A DNA stretch of 64,000 nucleotides from positions 32,001 through 96,000 of the forward strand of contig OZ223496.1 in the NCBI GenBank assembly GCA_965140785.1. The letters run 5' to 3'. The notes under the pieces were generated by a model that saw nothing but the letters and a program-made list of their open reading frames with translations, was not told where the DNA came from and did no database searches. Position numbers and translations under genes: made by a program. The stretch comes from an uncultured Ruficoccus sp. GTDB taxonomy: Bacteria; Verrucomicrobiota; Verrucomicrobiia; Opitutales; Cerasicoccaceae. Below are positions 20,885 to 30,684 of this stretch, piece by piece. Positions within the stretch are counted from its first letter, which is position 1. Each line of letters begins with the position of its first letter.

Positions 20885-23109
20885 TGTTGTTTCTCCGCTG
20901 TGAAAAAGGAGCCGACTTGCACCGTTGATCCGGCGTACGGAGCCTGCGGCAGTTCGACCGTTCGCTTGAGTGTCTCGTTCTGCCATGTCATTTCAAGAAT
21001 CAGTCGCTTTTGCCGCTGCGAGGGATCGGCAACCCAGAGGTGAACGTTCTCGTTTTCATCAATCCTGGCGATGATCGCGCAAGCGATATCGGTTTTAATC
21101 CTGAGCGGAAAATCAGCCGCTTCCAGCTCCCCAGGCTCGTAGAAGGCGGCACCCACCCACCGCTTCTGGGAGAGCCATACCGCCTGCAAGGCGGGTGTGT
21201 TAGCGATGATGTCCACTTGCTCGTCAAAAAGGTTTTCGGCTGCGGTGCCCGGCCCCGAGGGACGGACGGCGTAGGCATACTGACTGTTACCAGGGTGGGA
21301 GCCGTGATCGATCCAGAGCGTGAATATTTCGCCCGAAACAGGTGTATCGCTCTGGACCTGGGAAATCTCCCGCCAACTCGAGGAGCGCTGCTCACTGAAA
21401 TAACGAACCGGGTCATTCTCCGGTAACAAGCTATAGCTCAAGGCACCCTGCTCGATGACACCGCCTTGCGGCAGAGTCACTGGCTCTGCGGCCTCCACCG
21501 TTTCCGTGTCGACGGTTACGTCCCCGTTGGCGTAGCACTGGTTGATCGTCGTGTAGACGGGATCATCTCCGGTATAGTTGATACCGGTGCCGAGTGCAAC
21601 CATGAGCCCGTCCGGAAAAAACCAGCCTTTGCGGGCGGACAGATCTCCGCGCTTGAAATCCGCTGCGAAGAGGCCGCTCTCGCCAGTGCTAACACCCCCG
21701 ACGAAGCGGGTTTTGCCCTTGCGTGAGATCACTTTGTTATCCAGCGGAAGTTTCCCGTCCTGAACAATCGTTGTGCCCGGCAACTGCTGCCAGTTCCAAA
21801 GGGGGGCGATACTGACGCTGTTCGTGAAGTACTCCGTGCCGTCGCGCATAAGCATTGTCATGCCGTCTCCCAGGTGGTGTCCCTTGGTGCTCTCCCCGTT
21901 GTGAGCCTTGTCGGTGCTCAGGGTACGGCTGGAGTTCAGGCGGACGGAGGCGTACCAGTCCTGCTCGCGGTTCACCATGATATCGCTGACCCAAAACATG
22001 CGGTTGCCGACCAGCGCGGGCTCGTTGGGCGAGGCTTCGTTGTTCATGCGTTTCCTAAAGTCCACCAGCTCGCCGTGCCGGGGAGTCTCCACCTGGAGCA
22101 TGAAGTTCAGGGGGGCGTCCATCAGGGCCGCTCCGGTATTGCGAGCGATGGAACGTCCCCGCGCATTCAGGTCCACCGCGCCGCCCCAGATCAGCCATTG
22201 CTGGTGGTTGAGCATATAGTCCTCGATCAGGCTCACGCTGGCGTCTGGAAAAGCGTACCTCGTCCCCTGCGTCCAGACGAACCACATCCCGGACCATCGC
22301 GGAAGGCCCTGTCCATAGGAAAGGGTCGCGAGCAGAGGGCCGTGCATCTGGAAACTGTAATCGTGTTGCACCCCTTCCCTGGTCGTCATCCGCATTTCCT
22401 GACTAAAAGTTCGTAGCATGTAGTTAACCAGATCCAGATCATCAAGGAGCAGGCCGAGCATAATCATCGCCTCACACCGCCATATCTTGTTCTGGGAGGT
22501 GTTCATGACCCTTTCCACCCGGAAGTCGGCGGGCCGAACCATCTCCTCGACCAGGCGGATGTCCTCGGCAGTCAGGCCGTCCTGTAGAATAAGTGCCACC
22601 GCCGCCGTATCCCGGGGCTGCTTGATTAGCTTCACATACTTATGCTGGATATCGGGGTGTTTGCGAATCCAGTACCGCAGAGCGCGCAGGCTGGCCTCCC
22701 GTAGCGCGCGTGCTTTTTCCTCGTCCCCCTGCCGACGTGCTGCCAGGGAGGAGACGGCCATCTTGCGCACGCGCTCCATGTGCACGGCTGATTGGCGGAC
22801 GGCTGTGGGGGAAAATGTGTAGTCATTCCAGTTACCTTGCTCGTCCAGGCGGGAGGCCAGGTCCACCGCAGTTGCGATGTCGGCTTCCCGCTCGACCAAG
22901 GTGTTCAGGATGCGATTGATAACCACCTGCTCGTCGTCGAGGTTTTTGCCTGAACCCCGTATCGAATAATTCGGTACAGGGGCGGAATTTTCCGTTGGTG
23001 GTGATGTCGTCTCCGTGACTGAGCGCTCCTGCTTGCATCCGAACAGAAGGCAAAAAGCGAGTAAGATCAGAATTCCTGGCACGTTTGCGCCTATGGTATG
23101 TTTATTCAT
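20881..23109 (-). CDS. Polysaccharide lyase family 8 (chondroitin/hyaluronate lyase-like) lipoprotein
   Basis: Lipobox LFGC; QNKIW, EGVQHDYSFQMHGP..SYG, GRSIAR, WNWQQLPGTT, FVGGVS, WIDHGSHP..YAY. Confidence 0.9.
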   Translation of the reverse strand: MNKHTIGANVPGILILLAFCLLFGCKQERSVTETTSPPTENSAPVPNYSIRGSGKNLDDEQVVINRILNTLVEREADIATAVDLASRLDEQGNWNDYTFSPTAVRQSAVHMERVRKMAVSSLAARRQGDEEKARALREASLRALRYWIRKHPDIQHKYVKLIKQPRDTAAVALILQDGLTAEDIRLVEEMVRPADFRVERVMNTSQNKIWRCEAMIMLGLLLDDLDLVNYMLRTFSQEMRMTTREGVQHDYSFQMHGPLLATLSYGQGLPRWSGMWFVWTQGTRYAFPDASVSLIEDYMLNHQQWLIWGGAVDLNARGRSIARNTGAALMDAPLNFMLQVETPRHGELVDFRKRMNNEASPNEPALVGNRMFWVSDIMVNREQDWYASVRLNSSRTLSTDKAHNGESTKGHHLGDGMTMLMRDGTEYFTNSVSIAPLWNWQQLPGTTIVQDGKLPLDNKVISRKGKTRFVGGVSTGESGLFAADFKRGDLSARKGWFFPDGLMVALGTGINYTGDDPVYTTINQCYANGDVTVDTETVEAAEPVTLPQGGVIEQGALSYSLLPENDPVRYFSEQRSSSWREISQVQSDTPVSGEIFTLWIDHGSHPGNSQYAYAVRPSGPGTAAENLFDEQVDIIANTPALQAVWLSQKRWVGAAFYEPGELEAADFPLRIKTDIACAIIARIDENENVHLWVADPSQRQKRLILEMTWQNETLKRTVELPQAPYAGSTVQVGSFFTAEKQQ

Positions 23110-24842
23110 GATCGGTCCCTTTTTCTTTTTTCAACCCCCAAGAGAACAAGCCCCCGCAGATACCCGCGACTAAAACGATGAGTACGCTAAGGGATATGAT
23201 TGAACGGGCGTCTTTGCAGATAAAAAAGAGCGGCGTCATGCAAAGCCCCAGTGCCAGTCCGAAGCCACCAATGACTCGGGCCTGTTGTCTGTCGTTGCCC
23301 TGCCCGACCTCCCGAGCGAAATCAATCGGTGTTCGCAGCATCGTGAAGAAAGCGTTGATACGTGCGCGCTCCTTGTCGGGACTTTTATTCCAGAATATCC
23401 GCCCCACGAAAAATCCTGTCACACTCATAACGCTGACCCCCAACGCACGCTCTTGGTAGTTCAAGGATTCCTGGCCGAGAAAGGGTGCCAACAGCGAATA
23501 GAGACTGACGGCAAAGCCCAGGCCCATACTGCTGAAAGCCGCCCAGCTTGGTGTCTTGCGATAGATCATCCCCAGCAGCAAGGGGATCGCCAGTGGGAGA
23601 TGAAGCAAAGTAGAGATGATCAAAAGCAGTTCGAAAACGCCGAACGTCCCGAGATTATGATAAAGGAGTGCCAGCAGAATAGAGAAGATCCCGAACAGCA
23701 GGGAAAATATCCGTCCGACACGAACCTCCTCATGGGCACCCAGGCGTTTTTTTTCCGCGCAGGTCGATGATGAAGGGAATGATATTTCTCACGACGATCC
23801 CCGCCGAACGATTGATGCCCGTGTCCATCGAGCTCATGGTAGCTGCCAGCATAGCGACACCCATCAGGCCAAGAAGCTGTGGCGGCAGCCAATGTCTGGC
23901 TGCGACGGCATAGGCGGACTCGGCCGGCGTCACACCGCCGGCGGCTTGCACTTCGTTCCCCAACGCCAGGGCCGACCCCCAGGCCGGGATAAAGATGATG
24001 ACCGGAAAGAGCAGCATCAGCACCAATACCAGACAAGCTGATTTGACCGCTGTCCTGTCGTCCTTCACGGCCAGGAAGCGGACAGACCCTTCGACCGAAC
24101 ATAGCATAATCACCGTGATGGTCATCTGGGCCATCGCCCAGCCAAGGGTGAATTTATCGTCCACGAACGCGCCTGCCGGTTTAAAAAAAGAGTAATCGCT
24201 GGTCGCCGAATGCGTGCTCAGTTCATGGAAAAAACTGGAGGGCCCACCGAAATCGATAAGCACCAGGCTCGAGAGTAGAATCACAATGGAGAAAATGATC
24301 AGGCTCTGGACAAAGTCACTCGCCATGACAGCCCAACTCCCCCCCGAGCAGGCCATCAGCGTGACCACCGCCCCCACCACGACGATGACCAGATTGATGT
24401 CCAGGTCGAAAGCCGATGCGGTAAAGATCCCCATCCCCCACAGCCAGATCCCGGCATGCAGGACGGCGGAGGGTACTTTTATCCATGAATAGACCTGTTG
24501 TGCACCCGTGCCGAATCGCTCTTGAATAATTTCCGGAAGCGTAGCTTTGCGGGTACGCCGGTAACGCTTGGCAAAGTAGATAATCTGACAAAAGGCCCCC
24601 AGCGCGCCAGCCCAGTACACCAGCAGCACAGTCCAGCCCGCGCGGTAGGCCACTCCGCCATTAGCGGTGAAGGTATTGGCACTGAGTCCGGCCATGAAAA
24701 CGCTCATGCCCACCAGCCACCAACTACCCTTGGCCCCGCTTTTGAAAAAATCGTCACCACTTTTGTTCAGGCGAGAGAACGCCAGGCCGATGGCAACCAT
24801 GATGATGAGATAAGCAAGTACGATGAAGATTTCTATGCGCAT
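23102..24842 (-). CDS. Sodium:solute symporter (SSS), +1 frameshift in an A8 run near 23750
   Basis: WWLVGMSVF, LAATMSSMDTGIN; removing one A joins ORFs 23730-24842 and 23102-23623. Paralog of 56406-58133. Confidence 0.88.
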
Positions 24843-25125
24843 GAACGAACTGTGAGATTAAAAGGGTGGATGTTGAAATGACCGGCTGCGCAGATGCTCC
24901 GCCTGAGCGGATGGCGTATGAGAACCAGGACCGGAAACGCTAAGTCGTGTACGCAAACCTCGGAGCGAGTCGCTGACGCTGAATTTGAAGCGATCATTTC
25001 GGGCTCTGAGCCGAGGCAATCTTGAGAATTGTCGAGGTGAAGACACGAAATTAGCGCCCAAATCGCAGCGAAGAGACGACGTGAGTAGGTTTGCGTACAC
25101 GACCTAGAGCCTAAATGGGCATTCA

Positions 25126-26124
25126 TCAGGCGAGGATCAGGGATGCTTCGTGGTTGATCGACCAGCGTAGCCTTTCCCCGGCGACGTAACGCTGTAATTC
25201 CTCACTCATATACTGTCCCAAGCGGCGGCGCTCCCCGTGCTTGGCACCGGCGATATGCGGGGTCAGAAAGACGTTCGGAAGATGGAAAAGGGCTGAATGC
25301 GGATCCGGGGGTTCCGGGTCAACGACATCCAGCACAACCGTCAAATCGGGACGGCCTTTCAAAACCTCGATCATTTCATCCTGTTGCACGATCGCCCCGC
25401 GCGCCGTGTTAATAAAGCTGGCGCCGTGCTTCATCATGGCGAAGTGTTCACCGCGGATCATTCCTGTTGTTTGCGACAATAAGGGGGCATGAAGGGAAAC
25501 GCAATCGCAAGTGCGGAAGATCGTCTCGACCGAGGCCGGAGTGACGCCCTGCTCCTGTTCGACCGCTGTAAAAGGACGAATGTCGTAGGCCAGGACCTCC
25601 AGATCAAAGCCCCGCAGCAGATGGCAAACCCGCCGACCAATCATCCCGAGCGAGATGAGCCCCACCTTACTGCCGTAGGCACCGATGCCCTGCCGTTTGC
25701 CTCGCCACAGACCGACATCCCCAGTCATGCATTGGCGTGAGAGCTGCCAGCCGTTTTTCAGGCAAAACAATATCTGTGAGAGCGTGAATTCGGCCACCGG
25801 GATGGCATTGGCCGCGTAGGCGCTGGATACGCCGATGCCACGCTGCCAGGCGGCATCCGTCATCATATCTTTCACTGATCCGGCTGCGTGAAAAATGTAC
25901 TTCAGGCGCGGGGCCGCCGCGAGAAATTCCTCGTCGAGATACGGCGGTCCCCAACTGGAGAAGATGACTTCCACCTCAGCCAGTCGGTCTTTATGCTGTC
26001 GCCAGGTATTGCGTTCCAACCGCTCACCGGTCAACTCCACGTATCGGGTGATTGCTTCGATTTCGACTTCGCCGTAAACAAGCCCCTCCACTTTGGAAGT
26101 ATAAAAAAACAGTCCTTTCAGCAT
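25126..26124 (-). CDS. D-isomer-specific 2-hydroxyacid dehydrogenase
   Basis: HAAGSVK, SLGMIG, INTARG, LDVVDPEP, TPHIAG. Confidence 0.92.
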   Translation of the reverse strand: MLKGLFFYTSKVEGLVYGEVEIEAITRYVELTGERLERNTWRQHKDRLAEVEVIFSSWGPPYLDEEFLAAAPRLKYIFHAAGSVKDMMTDAAWQRGIGVSSAYAANAIPVAEFTLSQILFCLKNGWQLSRQCMTGDVGLWRGKRQGIGAYGSKVGLISLGMIGRRVCHLLRGFDLEVLAYDIRPFTAVEQEQGVTPASVETIFRTCDCVSLHAPLLSQTTGMIRGEHFAMMKHGASFINTARGAIVQQDEMIEVLKGRPDLTVVLDVVDPEPPDPHSALFHLPNVFLTPHIAGAKHGERRRLGQYMSEELQRYVAGERLRWSINHEASLILA

Positions 26125-26259
26125 TTTCTAAATTCTTAATTCTCTGTTCCGTAAAAATTCGACCAGGTGATGCTTATCCTATCCGCCAATCCCAGAAAGC
26201 ATTGCAACCTGGACGAGTGGCATGACGGTAACATAGGGGTGCTCACTGCGGTCCGCTCC

Positions 26260-26985
26260 TTATTCATTTCCATCCACCGTCCAGTTTTTGCGATCAGGAA
26301 AAACGTCGGAGCTGAAGGCGGAGCCATCGAAGCGGATGAAGTTCGCGCTCCCGTCATAGGAAGCCCTGATCGGTATACCCGGATAACCTTCCCCGAGCAT
26401 TGGTTGGCCGCCGAAATCGGCGACGCTTGTGCCGAGGTGCCAGTTGGTTCCATCGGCGCTGGCAAAGACGATGGAAGTGCTGGTGATGTCGCTTAGTTTG
26501 GGGTTACCTATGCGGCTGCCATCCCCTTTCAGGGGGCCCCGGTAGCCGCTGGAGAAATAGGTACCAGCCACCAGATAGTTGATGGCGTAGCCAATCTTTT
26601 TTCTGTCCTCGACATAGACATCATAGCTGGGTCCGGGTGACAGCACCGTATTTTCTGGAAGTGTATCGTAGTCCAGAAACATTGAATACTGATTCTCCGG
26701 AAAAGTGAGCGAAAGATATTTCGAAAGCTTGCCAGGCCAATGGCGTTGATAACGCTGGCCCTCATTGGTCGAGCCCGGCACCGGTTCGTTGTTGTTGTCT
26801 TGAGAGGCGAGCATCCAGGCCGAGTGAATTTGACGAAGATTGGCGACGTCGCGGGAGGAGGCGAGCCGAACGCGCACACCGCTCAAGGCGGGTATAACTA
26901 TCGCAAGCAGTATCGCGATGACGGCAACAACAACAAGCAATTCAGTAAGACTGAATGCCGGTTTGCGGGGAGGGCTTGGCAACAT
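26260..26985 (-). CDS. Prepilin-type N-terminal cleavage/methylation protein (DUF1559/H-X9-DG-like)
   Basis: A|FSLTELLVVVAVIAILLAIVIP, NLRQI, C-terminal Y-X9-DG. Confidence 0.88.
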   Translation of the reverse strand: MLPSPPRKPAFSLTELLVVVAVIAILLAIVIPALSGVRVRLASSRDVANLRQIHSAWMLASQDNNNEPVPGSTNEGQRYQRHWPGKLSKYLSLTFPENQYSMFLDYDTLPENTVLSPGPSYDVYVEDRKKIGYAINYLVAGTYFSSGYRGPLKGDGSRIGNPKLSDITSTSIVFASADGTNWHLGTSVADFGGQPMLGEGYPGIPIRASYDGSANFIRFDGSAFSSDVFPDRKNWTVDGNE

Positions 26986-27030
26986 GAACAGCAATCTGAT
27001 TTATAGCTTTCAGACCTGCAATCCCGGTGG

Positions 27031-27160
27031 CGTGCAAAGGTTGCGCAGAAACGTACGTGCCTGCTTTTCAATCCGTTTTATTACCAGGTTTTCTGAGGCA
27101 GCGATGCGAAAGACCTTAGCGGCCACGACTTTACGCATTGCGACGTGCAACCTTTGCGCA
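27031..27160. promoter_or_regulatory. Pair of palindromic operators in the divergent prepilin/PEP-CTERM promoter region
   Basis: cgtgcaa-agg-ttgcgca (27031-27047) and cgtgcaa-cct-ttgcgca (27144-27160). Confidence 0.6.
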
Positions 27161-27257
27161 CCGGCACTCTTGATGGTACTATCGCCCTGACCTACCGTTT
27201 CGATTGGATGCAACTTATCCGCTCACCCTCGAACACAATCATTACTAATAATCATTA

Positions 27258-28148
27258 ATGACAATGAGAACCACTACCCTCACCGCTATCGTATTTACCG
27301 TGGCCTGTGCCACACAGGCTGACACCGTTACTCAAATTGGTGATAACGATACAACCGGCCAGAATTGGAACGACACCGGAGCCGACTGGAGTAATGAAGA
27401 GCCAGCCAGCCCTGGCAACGACTATATCTCCTCCGGAGGCTTCATCCTGCGTACGACCTATCTGGTCAACTCAACCTTCGCCGGCGATTCCCTGACTGTC
27501 GAGAATGGAAGCACGTTGCAGTTGCGTCAGGGCGTGGGTAACACTTCCACCGTTTCAAATCTCATTCTTAACGACGGAGCGATAATTGCCCAGGCCAGCG
27601 GCAACGGTGTCCTCACCCTGGATGGAGGAACCCTCACCGTTGGTACCGGAACCGCAGATCTCACCGTCGACAACAACCGTGGCATCATGCTTGAGTTCGA
27701 CTCACTCGCGGGGGACGGATTACTAAAATTCAACCGCAGCGGCACAGGCGCAGACATCTCCGACAATTCAATCAGTATCGATGACGCTTCCTCTTTTACC
27801 GGCACGATACAAGTTTCCTTCGGAGATCTCGAGTTTTCCGCTTCGGGCACGGGCGATTACAACCAGGCGGAATTTATTATTAATAATAGCGCCTATGCAA
27901 CAGCCACGATAACGCTCAGTCGTAGCATTACTGTCAGTTCACTGTATTTCACCGACACCGAAACATACGTGGACCCGGGAACATATACCACGACCGAGTT
28001 GAATGCTATTTCCGGCGAAAGCACTTTCAGCGGAGTGGGAACCCTGACGCTCATTCCTGAACCGCGTGAGATGTCTCTTTGGTGCGGCGGGCTGGTTTTG
28101 GGAATGATCGTGCTTCAGGTGCGCCGCCGCATGCATCCGAAGGGATAG
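27258..28148 (+). CDS. PEP-CTERM sorting-domain surface protein
   Basis: Signal peptide, Thr/Gly/Ser-rich beta-type body, IPEP + TM + RRR tail. Confidence 0.88.
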   Translation: MTMRTTTLTAIVFTVACATQADTVTQIGDNDTTGQNWNDTGADWSNEEPASPGNDYISSGGFILRTTYLVNSTFAGDSLTVENGSTLQLRQGVGNTSTVSNLILNDGAIIAQASGNGVLTLDGGTLTVGTGTADLTVDNNRGIMLEFDSLAGDGLLKFNRSGTGADISDNSISIDDASSFTGTIQVSFGDLEFSASGTGDYNQAEFIINNSAYATATITLSRSITVSSLYFTDTETYVDPGTYTTTELNAISGESTFSGVGTLTLIPEPREMSLWCGGLVLGMIVLQVRRRMHPKG

Positions 28149-28173
28149 CCCGGCTTGCATCCGGTATTTAACG

Positions 28174-28200
28174 AGCCTGCCCGTTTGGGCGGGCTTTTTT
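28174..28200 (+). terminator. Rho-independent terminator
   Basis: agcctgccc-gttt-gggcgggct followed by a T run. Confidence 0.75.
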
Positions 28201-29269
28201 ATTTTCCGGATTTCCTCGAAGACGTTTTTCTCCCGGATAGGGCAGGCATCGTATCCCCTTCCTTCCAAACGGGCTTGATCCGGACGACTTTCTCGGAAGA
28301 CAAAGTCGGTTTGATGCCCTCAATTTGATCGATCACTGCCAGTACGGATTCATAGGCGATCCTTTCGACATCGATCTGGGGAGCAGTGATGCGCTTCTCC
28401 AAAAAAGTGAAGTTTGTTCCGACGTAGGCGATGTCCGCGGGGATTTTCAGACCGAGATTTTCTTTCAGTACCCACAGAATCCTGTGGTACGGCGAAATAA
28501 TGATATCTGGTTTGTAGCGCCTGATCCATTGCTGGAGTTTTCGGGCCAGATAGGTGCTGTCCATGCTGTCGGGTTCCAGCATCGGGATTTTGTCAAAGGC
28601 CTTCAGGTATGACATGTAGTAGTAGTAGCATCCGATGTAGCGGGGCTCATAATGGCTTTCACGGTCGACACGGACGATTACGCCGGGTCGCTTGTACCCC
28701 CGGTTTTTGGCTTGCTCGAAAATTTGGTGATAAGCGCTGGAGTAGTCGGAGTCGATGACTGTCACCGCATTGTCCAACGGTGTGGCCCGAACGCTGACAA
28801 GGGGGAATGAAAAGAGGCTCTGAGGGATGGCGTAGGGGATATGAGCCATATCACCCGCTCCCAGCATCAAACCGCTGACTCCCCGGGCCTTGAGAACCCG
28901 TATGAGCGCGGGAATGCTGTCAGGCAAGCGGTCGGTGTGCTTGAAGAGGCAGGATATATGCATCTCCTTGCAGATACGGGAAATCGCCTGCACTAGGCAG
29001 TCCCCTTCGGGGTTTTCAAAACGGCTTCCGGATATACCGAGTTCGCCGGGCCACCAGTAGGCGATGTTGTAGTGGATGGAGTTTGCACCGCTACGGAGGC
29101 TGCGCATGGCCTGGGAGAGCAGATGGTCGGGTCGGTAGCCGATCTTGCGGGCCTCGGCCAAGACCTTCTCCCTCATGGCCAAGCTGATCCGGGGATTGTT
29201 TTTGAGCGCGCGCGACACCGTAGAAACGGAAACCGCAAGCGTCGTGGCAATTTGCTGAATCTTGCTCAT
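28199..29269 (-). CDS. LacI-family transcriptional regulator
   Basis: IQQIATTLAVSVSTVSRALKNNPRIS...IGYRPD. Confidence 0.9.
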   Translation of the reverse strand: MSKIQQIATTLAVSVSTVSRALKNNPRISLAMREKVLAEARKIGYRPDHLLSQAMRSLRSGANSIHYNIAYWWPGELGISGSRFENPEGDCLVQAISRICKEMHISCLFKHTDRLPDSIPALIRVLKARGVSGLMLGAGDMAHIPYAIPQSLFSFPLVSVRATPLDNAVTVIDSDYSSAYHQIFEQAKNRGYKRPGVIVRVDRESHYEPRYIGCYYYYMSYLKAFDKIPMLEPDSMDSTYLARKLQQWIRRYKPDIIISPYHRILWVLKENLGLKIPADIAYVGTNFTFLEKRITAPQIDVERIAYESVLAVIDQIEGIKPTLSSEKVVRIKPVWKEGDTMPALSGRKTSSRKSGK

Positions 29270-29362
29270 GTGCTGGGCAGGGAATTATCTACTGCAATCC
29301 CCTTGAAATCAATGGCCTTTCCGAGGATAGCACACGAGAGCCGTCTCGTTTTAACTTCCCTG

Positions 29363-30655
29363 TTATTGCTCCTCGATCTCTTCTGGATTCAGGCCCCATA
29401 AAAGCATCGTGTGGGGTATGAGCTTAACGGGTTCGTAGGGGCGCTCCCGGATCTCGCGCACACAGGCCAGAAGCTTCTCGTTATCAGGATAACGGTAGGC
29501 GGCTAACTCAAAGATGCCCGGTGAGTCGCCAGCCTTGCCGATGCGCTCGTCTTCCCCGATATAATAACCACCTTGGATAGAACTGTCTCCGGTGCGGTAG
29601 AATTCGCAATAAAAGGCATGCGAGAGCTCAAGGTTTTCTCCGCCCGGAGCCGTGTAATGATAGAGATCGATGCCGTTATTATAAAGCGCCTCGGCCGCAA
29701 TAGTCAAGAGCTTGAGGCTGAGATTCGTGTATTGGAGTCCTTTTCCTCCCGGATGGGGGGGATTTGTTCGGGCCGTATCGTGACGATAGCGATCATAAAT
29801 TTCACCGGGGCTGACCGGGTAATTACCCCTCTCCCGGTGATGTCGCTCATCCCCCGGCATGAGAATAGTGCCGCTATAGAGTTCCATGATGTCCCGGTCA
29901 TTATCCGGATGGTCGAGGGCGTATTGCGCCATCTCCCGGTCACCGATAGCGAGGCCGGCGATGAGTATCCCCATGCTTTTGGCGACCTCATGATTTTGGT
30001 AGTCCTGCTGATTGAAATAGTCATTGTCCTTCCAGACTTGCTGGCTGGCCTTAATTTCCTCGACGATCTCACGCGTCCATTCCTCAAAGCGTTCCCGATC
30101 CCCCTCGGTCATCATCTCGTGATTGTACAGTAAATCATAGCCGATGGCGACCGGCACATAGCCACGTGCCAGAACCATGCCCTGACCGGGGCCGTTAATG
30201 GTCCCACGCAGGTCCAGTGCAATCATTTCGCGCAGCAACTCGATTGCCTGACGCGCATAGGCATCATTGCCATCGAGCTGATAACCGAGCGCCAAACTAT
30301 AGATCAAGTGCCCATCGGCACTCATTGGCTTGAAGAGCTTTTCATTGTTCGCCAGCGGCTTCGTTTGAACATCCAGCACGATACCGTCGCGCTTCATGCC
30401 ATTTGCGATGAAAATATCGAGGCGAGTTTTCGCTGCCTGCCAGGCAGGATCACCGGATTGATAACGTTGCCGGGCGCGCTCCAGTGTTTCCGAGGTAATC
30501 AACAGGCGCGGGTGTGGTGTGTCGATCGGCCCGATTAGAACCGGACGCGTCTCGGGCACCACGGGCGTTTCGGCCGGGGCTGCCAAGAGTGCAGAGCAAT
30601 TAAAAGCAAAAATCAGGCATGTGCTGAGCACGGTTTTACGGATTGGGTTTCTCAT
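29363..30655 (-). CDS. Secreted alginate-lyase-domain (alpha/alpha toroid) protein
   Basis: Signal peptide, HPRLL, YQNHE, GEIYDRYRH, GLQY. Start placed at MRNPIRK. Confidence 0.7.
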   Translation of the reverse strand: MRNPIRKTVLSTCLIFAFNCSALLAAPAETPVVPETRPVLIGPIDTPHPRLLITSETLERARQRYQSGDPAWQAAKTRLDIFIANGMKRDGIVLDVQTKPLANNEKLFKPMSADGHLIYSLALGYQLDGNDAYARQAIELLREMIALDLRGTINGPGQGMVLARGYVPVAIGYDLLYNHEMMTEGDRERFEEWTREIVEEIKASQQVWKDNDYFNQQDYQNHEVAKSMGILIAGLAIGDREMAQYALDHPDNDRDIMELYSGTILMPGDERHHRERGNYPVSPGEIYDRYRHDTARTNPPHPGGKGLQYTNLSLKLLTIAAEALYNNGIDLYHYTAPGGENLELSHAFYCEFYRTGDSSIQGGYYIGEDERIGKAGDSPGIFELAAYRYPDNEKLLACVREIRERPYEPVKLIPHTMLLWGLNPEEIEEQ

Positions 30656-30684
30656 GTGGGCAAAGGATTTTATGGATGCAGCTT

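Noticed and set aside
24833..25126. 97-aa ORF in the dehydrogenase-SSS spacer
   Set aside because: Atypical composition and no motifs; treated as intergenic or decayed sequence.
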